Source: a virus. From it: a stretch of 64,000 bases of DNA. Below the pieces are notes generated by a model. The model saw only the letters and a list, made by a program, of their open reading frames with translations, made no database searches and was not told the DNA's origin. This document shows, piece by piece, positions 9,501-17,806 of the stretch. The stretch lies in the IMG/VR virus record IMGVR_UViG_3300042090_002485, positions 64,001 through 128,000 of that record; one strand, 5' to 3'. A program made the translations under genes and the position numbers. How positions within the stretch are numbered: the first letter of the stretch is position 1; each line of letters opens with the position of its first letter.

Positions 9501-10064
9501 TACGACTTCGCCGAGACGCGCCGCGAGCAGCTCGCGCAGCTCAAGAGCACCGCCCAAGACGAACAGGTGTTCGAGGCCGTGATCAGCTCGACATTCCAGG
9601 TCGCCAACGTCGGTGACAAGAACACGCTGACCGGCACCAAGTCGCTACGCCAGATGTTCCTCGACCTGAACCAGCTCGAGGACATCAACAAGACGATGCA
9701 GGGCGTCTACATCGACACGAAGATGGAGTGGCTGGTGGTCAGCTGGTACGAGGCTCAGAACGGCGTCCTGTCGCAGTCGATGTTTCGCAACACGCCGCCG
9801 ACGTGGCTCCGCGACGTCGCCCAGCGCTCGCCGTTCCACGTCCCTGCCGAGGAAGTCAAGAACGCCCGTGTGCTCGAGCGGCTGATGAATGTGATGGGCC
9901 CGGCGCAGAACCCCGACATGATCTCGGTGTTCTCGGTCAAGCACATGCTCGACATCGTGCGGGCGCACCGCGACGCGGCGATGAAGAAGTCGGAGACGCC
10001 GGTGGACGAGGCCAAGGAGATCGACCCGAACAAGGTCCAGGGCGATGAGGACATCATCGTATGA
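6561..10064 (+). CDS. DNA primase-helicase fusion (CHC2 Zn finger, TOPRIM, P-loop domain)
   Basis: CPFH...CFGC zinc finger; TEGEFDA and DRDHGG TOPRIM motifs; C-terminal AEHQAGKS Walker A-like and LEEFE Walker B-like motifs. Confidence 0.85.
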   Translation: MPKFKKPLDAKDALNRLDRIWNDVDLTAWAAWLAEVKPDARFFTSGPHVKGRCPFHGDTDPSFVVTPGKAIARCFGCHRAFWNPIHLVAELNGTSWAEALLFMKKRWGLSAAIPKALYETFKEREEYAKLKEKLMRYFAELLHECLSSYARKSLDADGKNWSRPTVEYLLDRRLGENGLSELVAPGQESNGEFDQYGVLMTMINTHALIGILPSLGDVRAKFGDGSEEAKFFESYFADYINGAQYIGYLVFPYDDSPTTLCRFKMREPMKPCKKQVWVKDKYEDENNAFHGFYGLRYYRTYLTLQEHGDNGPEKGFPAYLTEGEFDALSAIAQQIRRSNDDYMALGMSGGGAQGLDWFAKLNVLRIRFLQDRDHGGNKFIKQVLEKTHKKVFGVRVFNWPDEYVDWKDPKRPDARIKDVDDAIREVGYKRWVRYVTNDDMYDAVEKWTYDRASDAIEQLHVRDVASINRTAKEFGALLRDEQVCRAFCTMVADGFGLDGAILHRDIFVKEDNEVEFTKRIHAAVLEHWHPIGIQNAEGRKRLLLMWHKTSKTTSSVVLGDERAAETFVAPHFGPIYDFIAATVSDAMFLVGDDTDLEPAFNVTSRAKRYCEYLKNALLIAAKGLPSMDHAPTRAQGVHMARHAGDQMLSYMINGRDVYVLKHDGPAFTATALDGPSHEGFVFQNTGKTWIESVTKAEDLLADVDLVALFHRVRDMIDSGWTFRYQQLDCMFLAAYVMSLAVMTVFTRQTAVILNAEHQAGKSRFTSGFVGGTGFGRINVVAHALAMQGYTAASIRQQHSDTSLCLCLEEFEDYGGNDAKSIAVRKVLELTRDLISENAVNWSIGTATGESRTYRLRFPLMTCAIRPLRDAASLSRFIRFELVKDDARIDPVDALVGKFGEDLIKKTRHDMFVGVLRHMLTLRKTQSEVGTEYSSNTILPAHASSRFREALVPILSILRFIGELAVASGRPELAPDYKKFAYDFAETRREQLAQLKSTAQDEQVFEAVISSTFQVANVGDKNTLTGTKSLRQMFLDLNQLEDINKTMQGVYIDTKMEWLVVSWYEAQNGVLSQSMFRNTPPTWLRDVAQRSPFHVPAEEVKNARVLERLMNVMGPAQNPDMISVFSVKHMLDIVRAHRDAAMKKSETPVDEAKEIDPNKVQGDEDIIV

Positions 10065-10915
10065 AGGGCGACGGCGGCAGCTTCGTCCACTACGATAATG
10101 ACGGTTCGGAGCCTGTCTACAACGCTTTTGGTCGGAAGCAGGGTACCTATGGCAAGTGGCAGGACCCTGATGTTCCTGGTGTAGGTTGGTCATGGGACGA
10201 CTGGCAGGACCTTGGGGAGCAAAACGCGCTGTGCACGATGTGCGAACACGTTGAGCACAGATATGAGTTTACGATGCGGCACCCGGGCTACCCAGACGTG
10301 TTGTACGTCGGAAAGTATTGCGCGGGTTGGATGTTGGGCGATGTCGACCTAGGCCCTGCAATCGAACAGTGGGCTCTCAGCGAACTCGGAAAGTGGCAAA
10401 CGAAGTGTCGCAAGGTTGAAGAGGCGCGCGCCGCCTACAAGAAGAAGATGAACGATGTGTACTTGACCGCGCAGGAGCGTGTTGCCCGAGAACGTAAGGA
10501 ATTGCCCTGGGAGCAGCGCACCAACGGTAACTGGGCGTCGTACGCGCGTTATTACGACCTACTGATCTACAAGGAGCGCAACGGAACGCGGTGGGGGTAC
10601 AGGATTCAACGCATGGGCGTGAAAGAGTGGAGCAAGGTCTTGTATCCGACCGTGAAAGCGGCTGCGACCGCGTGCAAGCAGGCCTTCATCCCAGACCCAG
10701 AACCACTCGAATCGGATGTCGAGGTCGCCAAGCGGTTCCCCATGCCCGAGAAGCCGATGTTCAACCAGAAAACGTGGGGTGACTTCGCGAAGAACAACCC
10801 AGACCGGGTTGCTGAAATGAAAGCGCAATCCCTCCGCCGGCGGCGGAAGAAGAACATCCCGGACAATCCCGTTCGTCACTTCTTGCGAGATCTCATCAAA
10901 GACGACGATCACTAA
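10061..10915 (+). CDS. Hypothetical protein with C-x2-C/H/C motif and atypical composition
   Basis: CTMCEH..RY...H..Y...L.VG.YCA motif; 10261-10320 is 52% GC; lies between primase and polymerase. Confidence 0.7.
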   Translation: MKGDGGSFVHYDNDGSEPVYNAFGRKQGTYGKWQDPDVPGVGWSWDDWQDLGEQNALCTMCEHVEHRYEFTMRHPGYPDVLYVGKYCAGWMLGDVDLGPAIEQWALSELGKWQTKCRKVEEARAAYKKKMNDVYLTAQERVARERKELPWEQRTNGNWASYARYYDLLIYKERNGTRWGYRIQRMGVKEWSKVLYPTVKAAATACKQAFIPDPEPLESDVEVAKRFPMPEKPMFNQKTWGDFAKNNPDRVAEMKAQSLRRRRKKNIPDNPVRHFLRDLIKDDDH

Positions 10916-10920
10916 CCGAT

Positions 10921-10935
10921 GTTTGTGGCATAAAC
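10921..10935. promoter_or_regulatory. 15-bp imperfect palindrome (operator-like), copy upstream of DNA polymerase
   Basis: GTTTGTGGCATAAAC, 10 nt before the polymerase ATG; 14/15 identical to 51121-51135. Confidence 0.6.
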
Positions 10936-10945
10936 ACAAGACCCG

Positions 10946-13900
10946 ATGGCCGAGAAGAAGCCCAAGACCAAACTGCCGGTCATCCCGCTCGACCATCCGT
11001 CGCTCGACCCCGAGATGCAGGGGTCGCAGAAGACTGGGATGGCCTGCAACGGCTGCGACCTGTTCTACAAGCGGCGCGTCACCGGCCAGGGCGCGTTCGG
11101 TAAGGTCGACATCCTGCTGCTCGGCGAGTCGCCGTCGTCGTGGTCGGTGCACAACGAACAGGTGTTCTACGGGCGCGGCGGTCGCATCATCCGTCAGGTC
11201 TGGCGTGAGCTGAAGGACCTCGATGCCAAGCGCGGGGGCCACCTCAAGATGGCCCACCTGAAGAAGTGGGAGACCTACGCCGTCCAGTGCCAGGTCGAAG
11301 AAGGGCGCGACCAGAATGCGACGGCGACCGCAGCGACCGTGCACCGCTGCTCGCACTACCTGCGCGCCAAGCTCCACAACTGCAAGCCGAAGATCATCCT
11401 GGCGTTCGGCGCCACCGCGCTGCGCTCGCTCGGCTACAAGAGCGACAAGTTCATGGAGGCGCGTGGGCGCCTGCTCGACGTCGAGATCGACGGGGTGGTC
11501 TACAAGGTCCTGCCGACGTTCTCGACCAAGCACCTCGTCGCCAAGACCGGGCTCTACAACCTGTTCTACGCCGACTTCGTGCGCGCGGTGCGCATCGCTG
11601 GCGGCGTCGACGAGGTTGGTGCGAACACCACGCTCGAGGAGATCACCAAGGAGTACCGCATCCCCAAGACCGTGGAAGAGGTCGGGGAGCTGTGCGATCA
11701 CATCATCAACTACGTCGTCGAGGGCGCCAAGACCGCGGCGCAGTGCGCGATCGCGGTCGACACCGAGACCAACACGGTCAACCCGCACCGCCGCGACGCG
11801 AAGCTGCTGTGCATCTCGTTCGCGTGGGACACCGGGCGGTCCTGCGCGATCCCGCTGTTCCACAAGGAGGCGACGTGGACACCGCAGGAGCTGGAGGCCG
11901 TCGTCGCGCACGTCCAGCGCGTGCTCGCCTGCGCCAAGCCCAAGGTCTTCCACAACGCCAAGTTCGACCTCAAGTTCATCGAGCTGCGCTACGGCTGGCG
12001 CGTCAACAACGTGCAGTGGGACTCGCTGCTCGGCGAGCACCTGCTGCGCGAGGACATGTCGGGGTCATACTCGCTCAAGACGCTCGGGCGCAGCTACTTC
12101 CCGATGTTCGGCAGCTATGCGGACAAGGTCCACGAGCTGGCGGAGAAGATGACACCCGAGGAGGTCGGGCTGTACTCGGTGCTCGACGGGGTCAAGAAGG
12201 GCAAGCCGAAGAAGGATGTGGTCGGCATCGAAGAAGGCCAGCTCTACCTCTACTCGAAGAAGGAGATGGAGCAGTACCTGTTCGGCACCAAGCGTGAGCG
12301 CAAGAAGAAGGTGTTCGACGCGGGTTACGAGCGCGTGCCAATCGACACCCTGTTGATCTACGCGGCCGTCGACACCGACTTGACCCGCCGCCTGCTCCGC
12401 CACCAATTCGCGCGCGCGCAGGCGGAGAACTTCATTGGCTCGGCTCGCGGCCTGATGGCGTCGCACTGCATCCCGGCGTCGCGCGCGCTCGGCAAGATGG
12501 AGTTCGACGGCTTCCGCGTTGACCGTCCGTACCTCGACAAGCTCGAGGTCGACCTGGGCAAGATCGTCGAGGATAAGCGCAAGCTGCTCGAGGCCTACTG
12601 GGCGCCGACCTCGATGAGTCGCAAGGGTGTCGAGTTCAACCCCAACTCGACCCAGCACATCGAGCAGGTCATCTTTCAGACCGGCGTCGGTCCCGACGAA
12701 GTCACTCAGGCGGCCTACCGCAAGGCCGTCGATCGTTTCGCCGTCAAGAACAAGTCGGGCTTCTATAAGACCGACAAGAAAACGCTCAAGGGCATCGCTG
12801 AGCAGACGAAGTGTCCGTTCTCTAAGGCGCTGCTCGAGTACCGCGCGGCGCACAAGGCGCTCTCTGGGTTCGTCAAGGACATCAAGGACCTCTCGGAGTA
12901 CGACGGCTACCTCCACACCAGCTTCCACCTGCACGGTACGTCGACGGGGCGCCTGTCGTCGTCGAACGTGAACATGCAGAACCAGCCCAAGAAGCTGGCC
13001 GGGGTGAACATCAAGAAGATCTTCATCCCGGATGACCCGGACGAAGAGGTGGTGTTCAACGTCGACTGGAAGGGCGCCGAAATCCGCGTGTTCACGGCCT
13101 ATGCGCCAGACCAGCAGCTGATCGACGCGCTCAACGCGGGGCAGGACGTCCACAGCTGGTTCACGCAGGAGATCTACGGCATCCCGTACGAAGAGGTCGA
13201 GGCCAAGAAGGAGGACACCGACTACATCGTCCCCGGCCACGGCATCACCATGAACATGTTGCGGACGACCGTGAAGCGCGTCGTGTTCGGCATCCTCTAC
13301 GGCGCGATGGCAAAGAAGATCGCTGAGACGGCTAGCATCTCCGAGGAGATGGCCCAGGGCGTCATCGACAAGCTGTTCGAGCGGTTCCCGTCGCTGAAGA
13401 ACTACATGGACGAGGTGGTGGCGCAGATCCACCAGCACGGCTTCGTCGAGACGCTGTTCAACCGCCGCCGCCGCTTCCCGCTGCAGTCCGTCAACGGCTT
13501 CTTCCGCGGTCAGGCCGAGCGCCGCGGCAAGAACATGAAGATCCAGTCGACGTCGTCGGACATCGTCGTCGGCCAGCTGATCGAGATCTTCGAGCACATC
13601 CGCGAGCTGGGCGGGCGGCTCGCCATCACCGTGCACGACTCGATCGTCGGCACGATCAAGAAGAAGCTCCTCCACCAGGCCAAGGCGTTCTTCGACCTGT
13701 ACTGCGTCAAGCGCGTGCGCGAGAAGTGCCCGTGGCTGCCCGTCGACTTCGCGTACGACCTGGCGGTGGGCCCGAGCTACGGCGAGGTCATCTCGCTGGA
13801 GGACTACTTGAAAAAGAACCCGGGCATCACCCAGACGCCCGAGCAGGAGTTCCTCGAGCTGCTCGATCAGGACGCGATGGCGTCGTTCGTCCTCGACGAG

Positions 13901-13975
13901 GACGGCGCGCGACCGGACTCGATGTTCGACACCGAGGACCCCGGACCCGAGGACGAAACCAAGGAGGCGTCGTGA
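10946..13975 (+). CDS. polA: Family A DNA polymerase with N-terminal family-4 UDG-like domain and 3'-5' exonuclease
   Basis: Exo I VDTET, Exo II HNAKFD, Exo III YAAVD; motif A VDWKGAEIR, motif B KRVVFGILYG, motif C VHDS; N-terminal CNGC..GESP..QC..C UDG-like fold. Confidence 0.95.
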   Translation: MAEKKPKTKLPVIPLDHPSLDPEMQGSQKTGMACNGCDLFYKRRVTGQGAFGKVDILLLGESPSSWSVHNEQVFYGRGGRIIRQVWRELKDLDAKRGGHLKMAHLKKWETYAVQCQVEEGRDQNATATAATVHRCSHYLRAKLHNCKPKIILAFGATALRSLGYKSDKFMEARGRLLDVEIDGVVYKVLPTFSTKHLVAKTGLYNLFYADFVRAVRIAGGVDEVGANTTLEEITKEYRIPKTVEEVGELCDHIINYVVEGAKTAAQCAIAVDTETNTVNPHRRDAKLLCISFAWDTGRSCAIPLFHKEATWTPQELEAVVAHVQRVLACAKPKVFHNAKFDLKFIELRYGWRVNNVQWDSLLGEHLLREDMSGSYSLKTLGRSYFPMFGSYADKVHELAEKMTPEEVGLYSVLDGVKKGKPKKDVVGIEEGQLYLYSKKEMEQYLFGTKRERKKKVFDAGYERVPIDTLLIYAAVDTDLTRRLLRHQFARAQAENFIGSARGLMASHCIPASRALGKMEFDGFRVDRPYLDKLEVDLGKIVEDKRKLLEAYWAPTSMSRKGVEFNPNSTQHIEQVIFQTGVGPDEVTQAAYRKAVDRFAVKNKSGFYKTDKKTLKGIAEQTKCPFSKALLEYRAAHKALSGFVKDIKDLSEYDGYLHTSFHLHGTSTGRLSSSNVNMQNQPKKLAGVNIKKIFIPDDPDEEVVFNVDWKGAEIRVFTAYAPDQQLIDALNAGQDVHSWFTQEIYGIPYEEVEAKKEDTDYIVPGHGITMNMLRTTVKRVVFGILYGAMAKKIAETASISEEMAQGVIDKLFERFPSLKNYMDEVVAQIHQHGFVETLFNRRRRFPLQSVNGFFRGQAERRGKNMKIQSTSSDIVVGQLIEIFEHIRELGGRLAITVHDSIVGTIKKKLLHQAKAFFDLYCVKRVREKCPWLPVDFAYDLAVGPSYGEVISLEDYLKKNPGITQTPEQEFLELLDQDAMASFVLDEDGARPDSMFDTEDPGPEDETKEAS

Positions 13976-14241
13976 TCATCGTCTGCGAGTTGGCGTCCTG
14001 TCCGAGCTGCGGCCGGGCGCCCAAGCCCTCGTTTCAGAGGACCAAGGAATACGTCCGCTGCTACTTCGGCTGCACCTGCGGCTGGGCCGGCCCCCTCGTC
14101 GCCCAGGCGATCCCGCCAGCCGCGAAGCCCGGGTCTCCGTCGGTGTGCAAGCGCACCGACACTAGGGCCTGGGCTCAGTACAACGCGGCCGAGGCGTGGA
14201 ACACGGCGGTGACTCAAGTGCGGGCGGCGAAGCCCGTGTAG
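13972..14241 (+). CDS. Lar-like (restriction alleviation) zinc-binding protein
   Basis: GTGA overlap with the polymerase stop; CPSCG...C.CG.AGP...AAEAWN pattern resembles the Lar family. Confidence 0.55.
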   Translation: MIIVCELASCPSCGRAPKPSFQRTKEYVRCYFGCTCGWAGPLVAQAIPPAAKPGSPSVCKRTDTRAWAQYNAAEAWNTAVTQVRAAKPV

Positions 14242-14417
14242 GAGGTTTGGGACCGGCTACGAGGGGTCCACGGTGCGCACTACCTCTCCTTGCCCTTCTG
14301 AAGCGTCTGTTCGGCGAGCTGGCGATAGAGTGTGCGACGACAGGTTGGTGTAGGCCTGTCGGGCTCGAGTCCATAGCTAGCTCTAGGCCGCGAAGCAGAT
14401 GTGCCGGTTCCTCTTTT
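14242..14417 (+). ncRNA. Candidate structured RNA (about 170 nt, long rod plus closing stem)
   Basis: Nested stems 14249-57/14403-11, 14304-15/14387-401, 14316-23/14376-83 and 14338-44/14355-61, followed by a T-rich run; intergenic. Confidence 0.35.
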
Positions 14418-14432
14418 GTTTGTGCGGTAAAC
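14418..14432. promoter_or_regulatory. 15-bp palindromic operator-like motif upstream of the DnaQ exonuclease
   Basis: GTTTGTGCGGTAAAC; 14/15 identical to the reverse complement of 48977-48991. Confidence 0.55.
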
Positions 14433-14484
14433 ACTTGCGAAGTAACCCTATTGTCTTGGTATAAGCTGGTGCAGAGGACCATCG

Positions 14485-15051
14485 ATGCCCTTCCTGCCGT
14501 TGAACGACCACAAGCTGTTCTTCTTCGACTGCGAGACCGGGGGCCTGGACCCGTCCAAGACCGACATGGTCGAGGTTGCCTGCGTGGTCACCGACCCGAC
14601 AGGGCGCAACATCCTGTCGGAGTACCACGCTCGCGTGTTCCCGCGGCGGCCGGTCGAGGCGAAGGCGGCGTCGATCAACGGCTATAACGAGGAGAAGTGG
14701 GCCGAGGACGCCGTGACAATCGACGTCGCGATGGTCAAGCTGCTCGAGCGGGCGAAGGACTGCTTGTTCTGCTCGCACAACACCCCGTTCGACTGGGGCT
14801 ACTTCTCGACAGCGATGCTGGAGCGCGGCGGGCGTTGGCGGGGCGACTACCACCGCATCGACACGGTGGCGCTCGCGACGCCGCTGCTCAAGGCCGGCAA
14901 GGTCATCGACTTGAAGCTCGGCACGCTGTGCGACCACTTCAGCATCGACAAGGGCGAGCCGCACCGGGCGATGAGCGACGCGCGGGCGTGCCATCAGCTC
15001 TACCTGAAGCTGATGGACATCTACGCCCCGCTATTCGTGCGCGCGCCGTAG
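14485..15051 (+). CDS. DnaQ-like DEDDh 3'-5' exonuclease
   Basis: FDCETGG (Exo I), HNTPFD (Exo II), HRAMSDA (Exo III). Confidence 0.9.
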   Translation: MPFLPLNDHKLFFFDCETGGLDPSKTDMVEVACVVTDPTGRNILSEYHARVFPRRPVEAKAASINGYNEEKWAEDAVTIDVAMVKLLERAKDCLFCSHNTPFDWGYFSTAMLERGGRWRGDYHRIDTVALATPLLKAGKVIDLKLGTLCDHFSIDKGEPHRAMSDARACHQLYLKLMDIYAPLFVRAP

Positions 15052-17769
15052 CTACGTGAAGCGCAAGTTGCCGCTTAGGACACCGTTGGCGAGCCAGCCG
15101 AAGACCTGGGCGTGAAGCGAGTCGTCGGGCATGGTCGGGGAGTGGCGCCAGACCCTGCGCCCGGCGTGCGTGACCTCCTCGTAGACGTTGAGGATGTCGT
15201 TGATGGCTGGCTGCGCGTCCGACAGGCGCGGGAAGATGACCTGCTTGTGCAAGAGCTGACGGGCGTAATTGTCGATCATCGTCGTGCGGTCGACGTGGTA
15301 GGCCAGCGTCGAGGGGTTCCAGGTCTCCATCGGCTTGGACAGGTTCAGGTAGCGGAACGCGAGCACACGATGGTCACCGAGCCGCTGACGTAGGAACGAG
15401 TTGGCCAACATGCCCTCGCCCGCGTCGGCGCCGACCATCTCGACGCCCCACTTGTTGCACAGCTCGACGATCTCGTCGATCCAGCCCACGGCGTGGCCGT
15501 TCGGGAAGATCTTCGACGTCAGGGTGCGGAGCCGTCCGTCGGCCTGCTGACCCCAGATGTGGAGCACGGTGCGGGATTTGTAAAGCCCTTCGCTGCCTTT
15601 GACTTCGCCGCCGCCACCCGACCAGTCAACGCCCGCCGTCGTGCGGACGATGCCCTTCTTCGCGCCGGGCTGCGGCAATCGTTCGATGACGAGCTTCTCG
15701 TCACACAACGATTCGAGGACCTCCTTGGTCAGGAGGCGCACGCCGGTCGACGTGCTCACGCCGATGCACTCGTTCAAGAACTTGGACTCGCCGTAGAGTG
15801 GCGAGTTCATCTTGTAGAGCAGCTTGTCCCAACGCTCGACAGCACGGTCGAAGCCTTCGCTGCCGGGAACCCACGCGGCGGGCACGTCCGTCGGCATGAT
15901 GGCCTGGCTAACGTGGAAGCCCTTGATGCTCGCCCCGGGCACCATGTCGACCCACTTGCCCGCCCGCGGGTTCAGTAGGTGGCCGCACGAGACGCAGATC
16001 AGACCCTTCTTGCCGAGCGCCTTGACGCCGTCGACGAACGTCCACTTGCTGCAACCGTCGCACCGCATACACCACTCGGTCTGGGTCGACAGCGACCACA
16101 GGACCTCGATGGTGTTCTCCATCGTCTTGGGCGTGCCCGCGTACGCCGAGTACTGGTAGTTCGAGCGGGCCATGCACTCCTCGATGACGGGGATGACGGC
16201 CTCGTAGAGCATGTCCTGGATCTCGTCGAAGCACTGACCCGCGATTATCGGTCGTTGATCGACCCCGCCGCGCACGATGGGCCGATGATGCGGCACCGTG
16301 AAGCAGTAGACCGGTTCGTTGACGACTTCTTCAACAGACACGCGTCGCTTGGTCGCATATTCAGATCGCCAGAACACGGCGTGCGACTCGGCGTACGCCT
16401 GCACCTCGTAGAGGGGAAGTGGCGGTCCGCCAGGGCGCTGCGGCATCTGCCGCGTGTGTACGACCGCAGGGCGCCCGAGCAGCGCCCAGGCGCGATGCAC
16501 GTCGTCGGCCAGGCGACGCGACCGCGTTCGCAGCGTGCCGTGGTCCCACCGGTCGATCACGATACTCGCGTCACCTTGGTAAAGAGCCCGCAGCAGGGAT
16601 GGCAGCAGTGCCGGGTGCTCGAAGAACACGGCTGGGATGTACTTGCTGAAGCTGTTCCCCAAGGGCGCGACGTACTGACAAACCTGCGAGGACGCGATTA
16701 CGTAGGTGTGTTTGACGACGCGCCCTTTCTTGGTCTGACGCGACGACGGCTGCCGCGAGTACGTGAACCCGCAGCGACGCAGGCAGTCCTCGATGTCGAG
16801 ACTGTATCGGGATGCGTTCTGCGTGATGATGGCACTACCGTTCCGGCGCACTCCCTTCGTCCGGCGCCAAGAAACGTGGCCCTCCGCAAGGTACCAGCCC
16901 ATGAACTCAGAGAAGGCGCGCGCGTCGACATCGACCGGCGAGCGGCTCGTCGCGTAACCAATGGAACTGCCGGGCACGTGGATGACGACAGGCGGGGCAT
17001 CGTCGATGCGACACGCGCTTGTCATCTTGAAGCCCATGCGTTCAGTGCGTGCGATGTCCAGCGCGGAAGCGAATTGCCAGACATCTGGTGTCTTGTAGCG
17101 CGGGCCCGTCTTTACGCGAAAGTTGACCCACATCTTGTGGTCCCCGGTCACGCGAAGGTCCATCCCGGCGTGGTGAAACTTGACCATCTGACCGGTGTAC
17201 GGCAACGCGAAGAGCTTCGACGGACGGTGCCACCGGATACAGCCCTCGTCATCTACATCAGCGACTTCGTCTGCGAGGGTCAGGTCTTTGACGCAGCGCC
17301 AGCCGGCACGCGTAAGCACTTGAGCGCTCGCGTCGAAGCAGCACCGGTCTGCCGAGTAACCACGAGCGCGGTCCGGGTCGTCCATGGCGTACGTGAACGC
17401 CATCTCCGACCCGTTCTTGAGCATGCGCAACAGGACGTTGTCGATCGACTCCGGGCCGACGAACGCCTTCCGCACGTCGGGGCTGTACGCCAGGATCTTG
17501 GCGACGCGGGTGTGCGAGAACTTCCGCGTTTGCTCCTGGGTCGGCGAAATGTAGTACGACCTGAACGGCGCGGACGCGATGGCCTCGGCGATCATGAACG
17601 CCGCAAGCGTCGTCGACTTGGTGACCTGGCGCCCGGTCTTCAGCAGCAGGCGCGAGTAGTTGCCGTCGAACACGGCCTGGAACATCGGGTAGTCCGCCAG
17701 TGACAGCGGCTTGCCGTCGACGTAGAACAACCCCTGCGCGATGGTGGAGCGATAAACCTCTTCCGACAT
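15052..17769 (-). CDS. terL: Terminase large subunit (lambda gpA-like), intein-containing
   Basis: GRQVTKST Walker A, ARGYSAD..FDEIQ Walker B, GTPKT coupling motif, C-x2-C..C-x2-C Zn site, nuclease GVDW ... DDSLHA. Confidence 0.9.
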   Translation of the reverse strand: MSEEVYRSTIAQGLFYVDGKPLSLADYPMFQAVFDGNYSRLLLKTGRQVTKSTTLAAFMIAEAIASAPFRSYYISPTQEQTRKFSHTRVAKILAYSPDVRKAFVGPESIDNVLLRMLKNGSEMAFTYAMDDPDRARGYSADRCCFDASAQVLTRAGWRCVKDLTLADEVADVDDEGCIRWHRPSKLFALPYTGQMVKFHHAGMDLRVTGDHKMWVNFRVKTGPRYKTPDVWQFASALDIARTERMGFKMTSACRIDDAPPVVIHVPGSSIGYATSRSPVDVDARAFSEFMGWYLAEGHVSWRRTKGVRRNGSAIITQNASRYSLDIEDCLRRCGFTYSRQPSSRQTKKGRVVKHTYVIASSQVCQYVAPLGNSFSKYIPAVFFEHPALLPSLLRALYQGDASIVIDRWDHGTLRTRSRRLADDVHRAWALLGRPAVVHTRQMPQRPGGPPLPLYEVQAYAESHAVFWRSEYATKRRVSVEEVVNEPVYCFTVPHHRPIVRGGVDQRPIIAGQCFDEIQDMLYEAVIPVIEECMARSNYQYSAYAGTPKTMENTIEVLWSLSTQTEWCMRCDGCSKWTFVDGVKALGKKGLICVSCGHLLNPRAGKWVDMVPGASIKGFHVSQAIMPTDVPAAWVPGSEGFDRAVERWDKLLYKMNSPLYGESKFLNECIGVSTSTGVRLLTKEVLESLCDEKLVIERLPQPGAKKGIVRTTAGVDWSGGGGEVKGSEGLYKSRTVLHIWGQQADGRLRTLTSKIFPNGHAVGWIDEIVELCNKWGVEMVGADAGEGMLANSFLRQRLGDHRVLAFRYLNLSKPMETWNPSTLAYHVDRTTMIDNYARQLLHKQVIFPRLSDAQPAINDILNVYEEVTHAGRRVWRHSPTMPDDSLHAQVFGWLANGVLSGNLRFT
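16234..17340 (-). mobile_element. Intein (369 aa) with LAGLIDADG-type homing endonuclease
   Basis: Starts CFDASAQVLT (block A), has block B VTGDHKMW, LAGLIDADG-like FMGWYLAEGH and LLRALYQGDA, and block F VYCFTVP. Ends ...AGQ before extein Cys. Removal restores SADRC-CFDEIQ. Confidence 0.9.
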
Positions 17770-17806
17770 ACAGCTAGCAACTCAAATCTTCCGAAGGAAT
17801 TCGACC

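Noticed and set aside
14340-14400. SRP RNA resemblance (CAGG ... GAAGCAG)
   Set aside because: The two motifs are about 48 nt apart and lack the GNRA-capped helix 8 geometry.
14426-14438. Possible sigma-54 -24/-12 promoter (GG...TTGC)
   Set aside because: GG-to-GC spacing is 9 nt rather than 10, and the TGGCAC context is absent.
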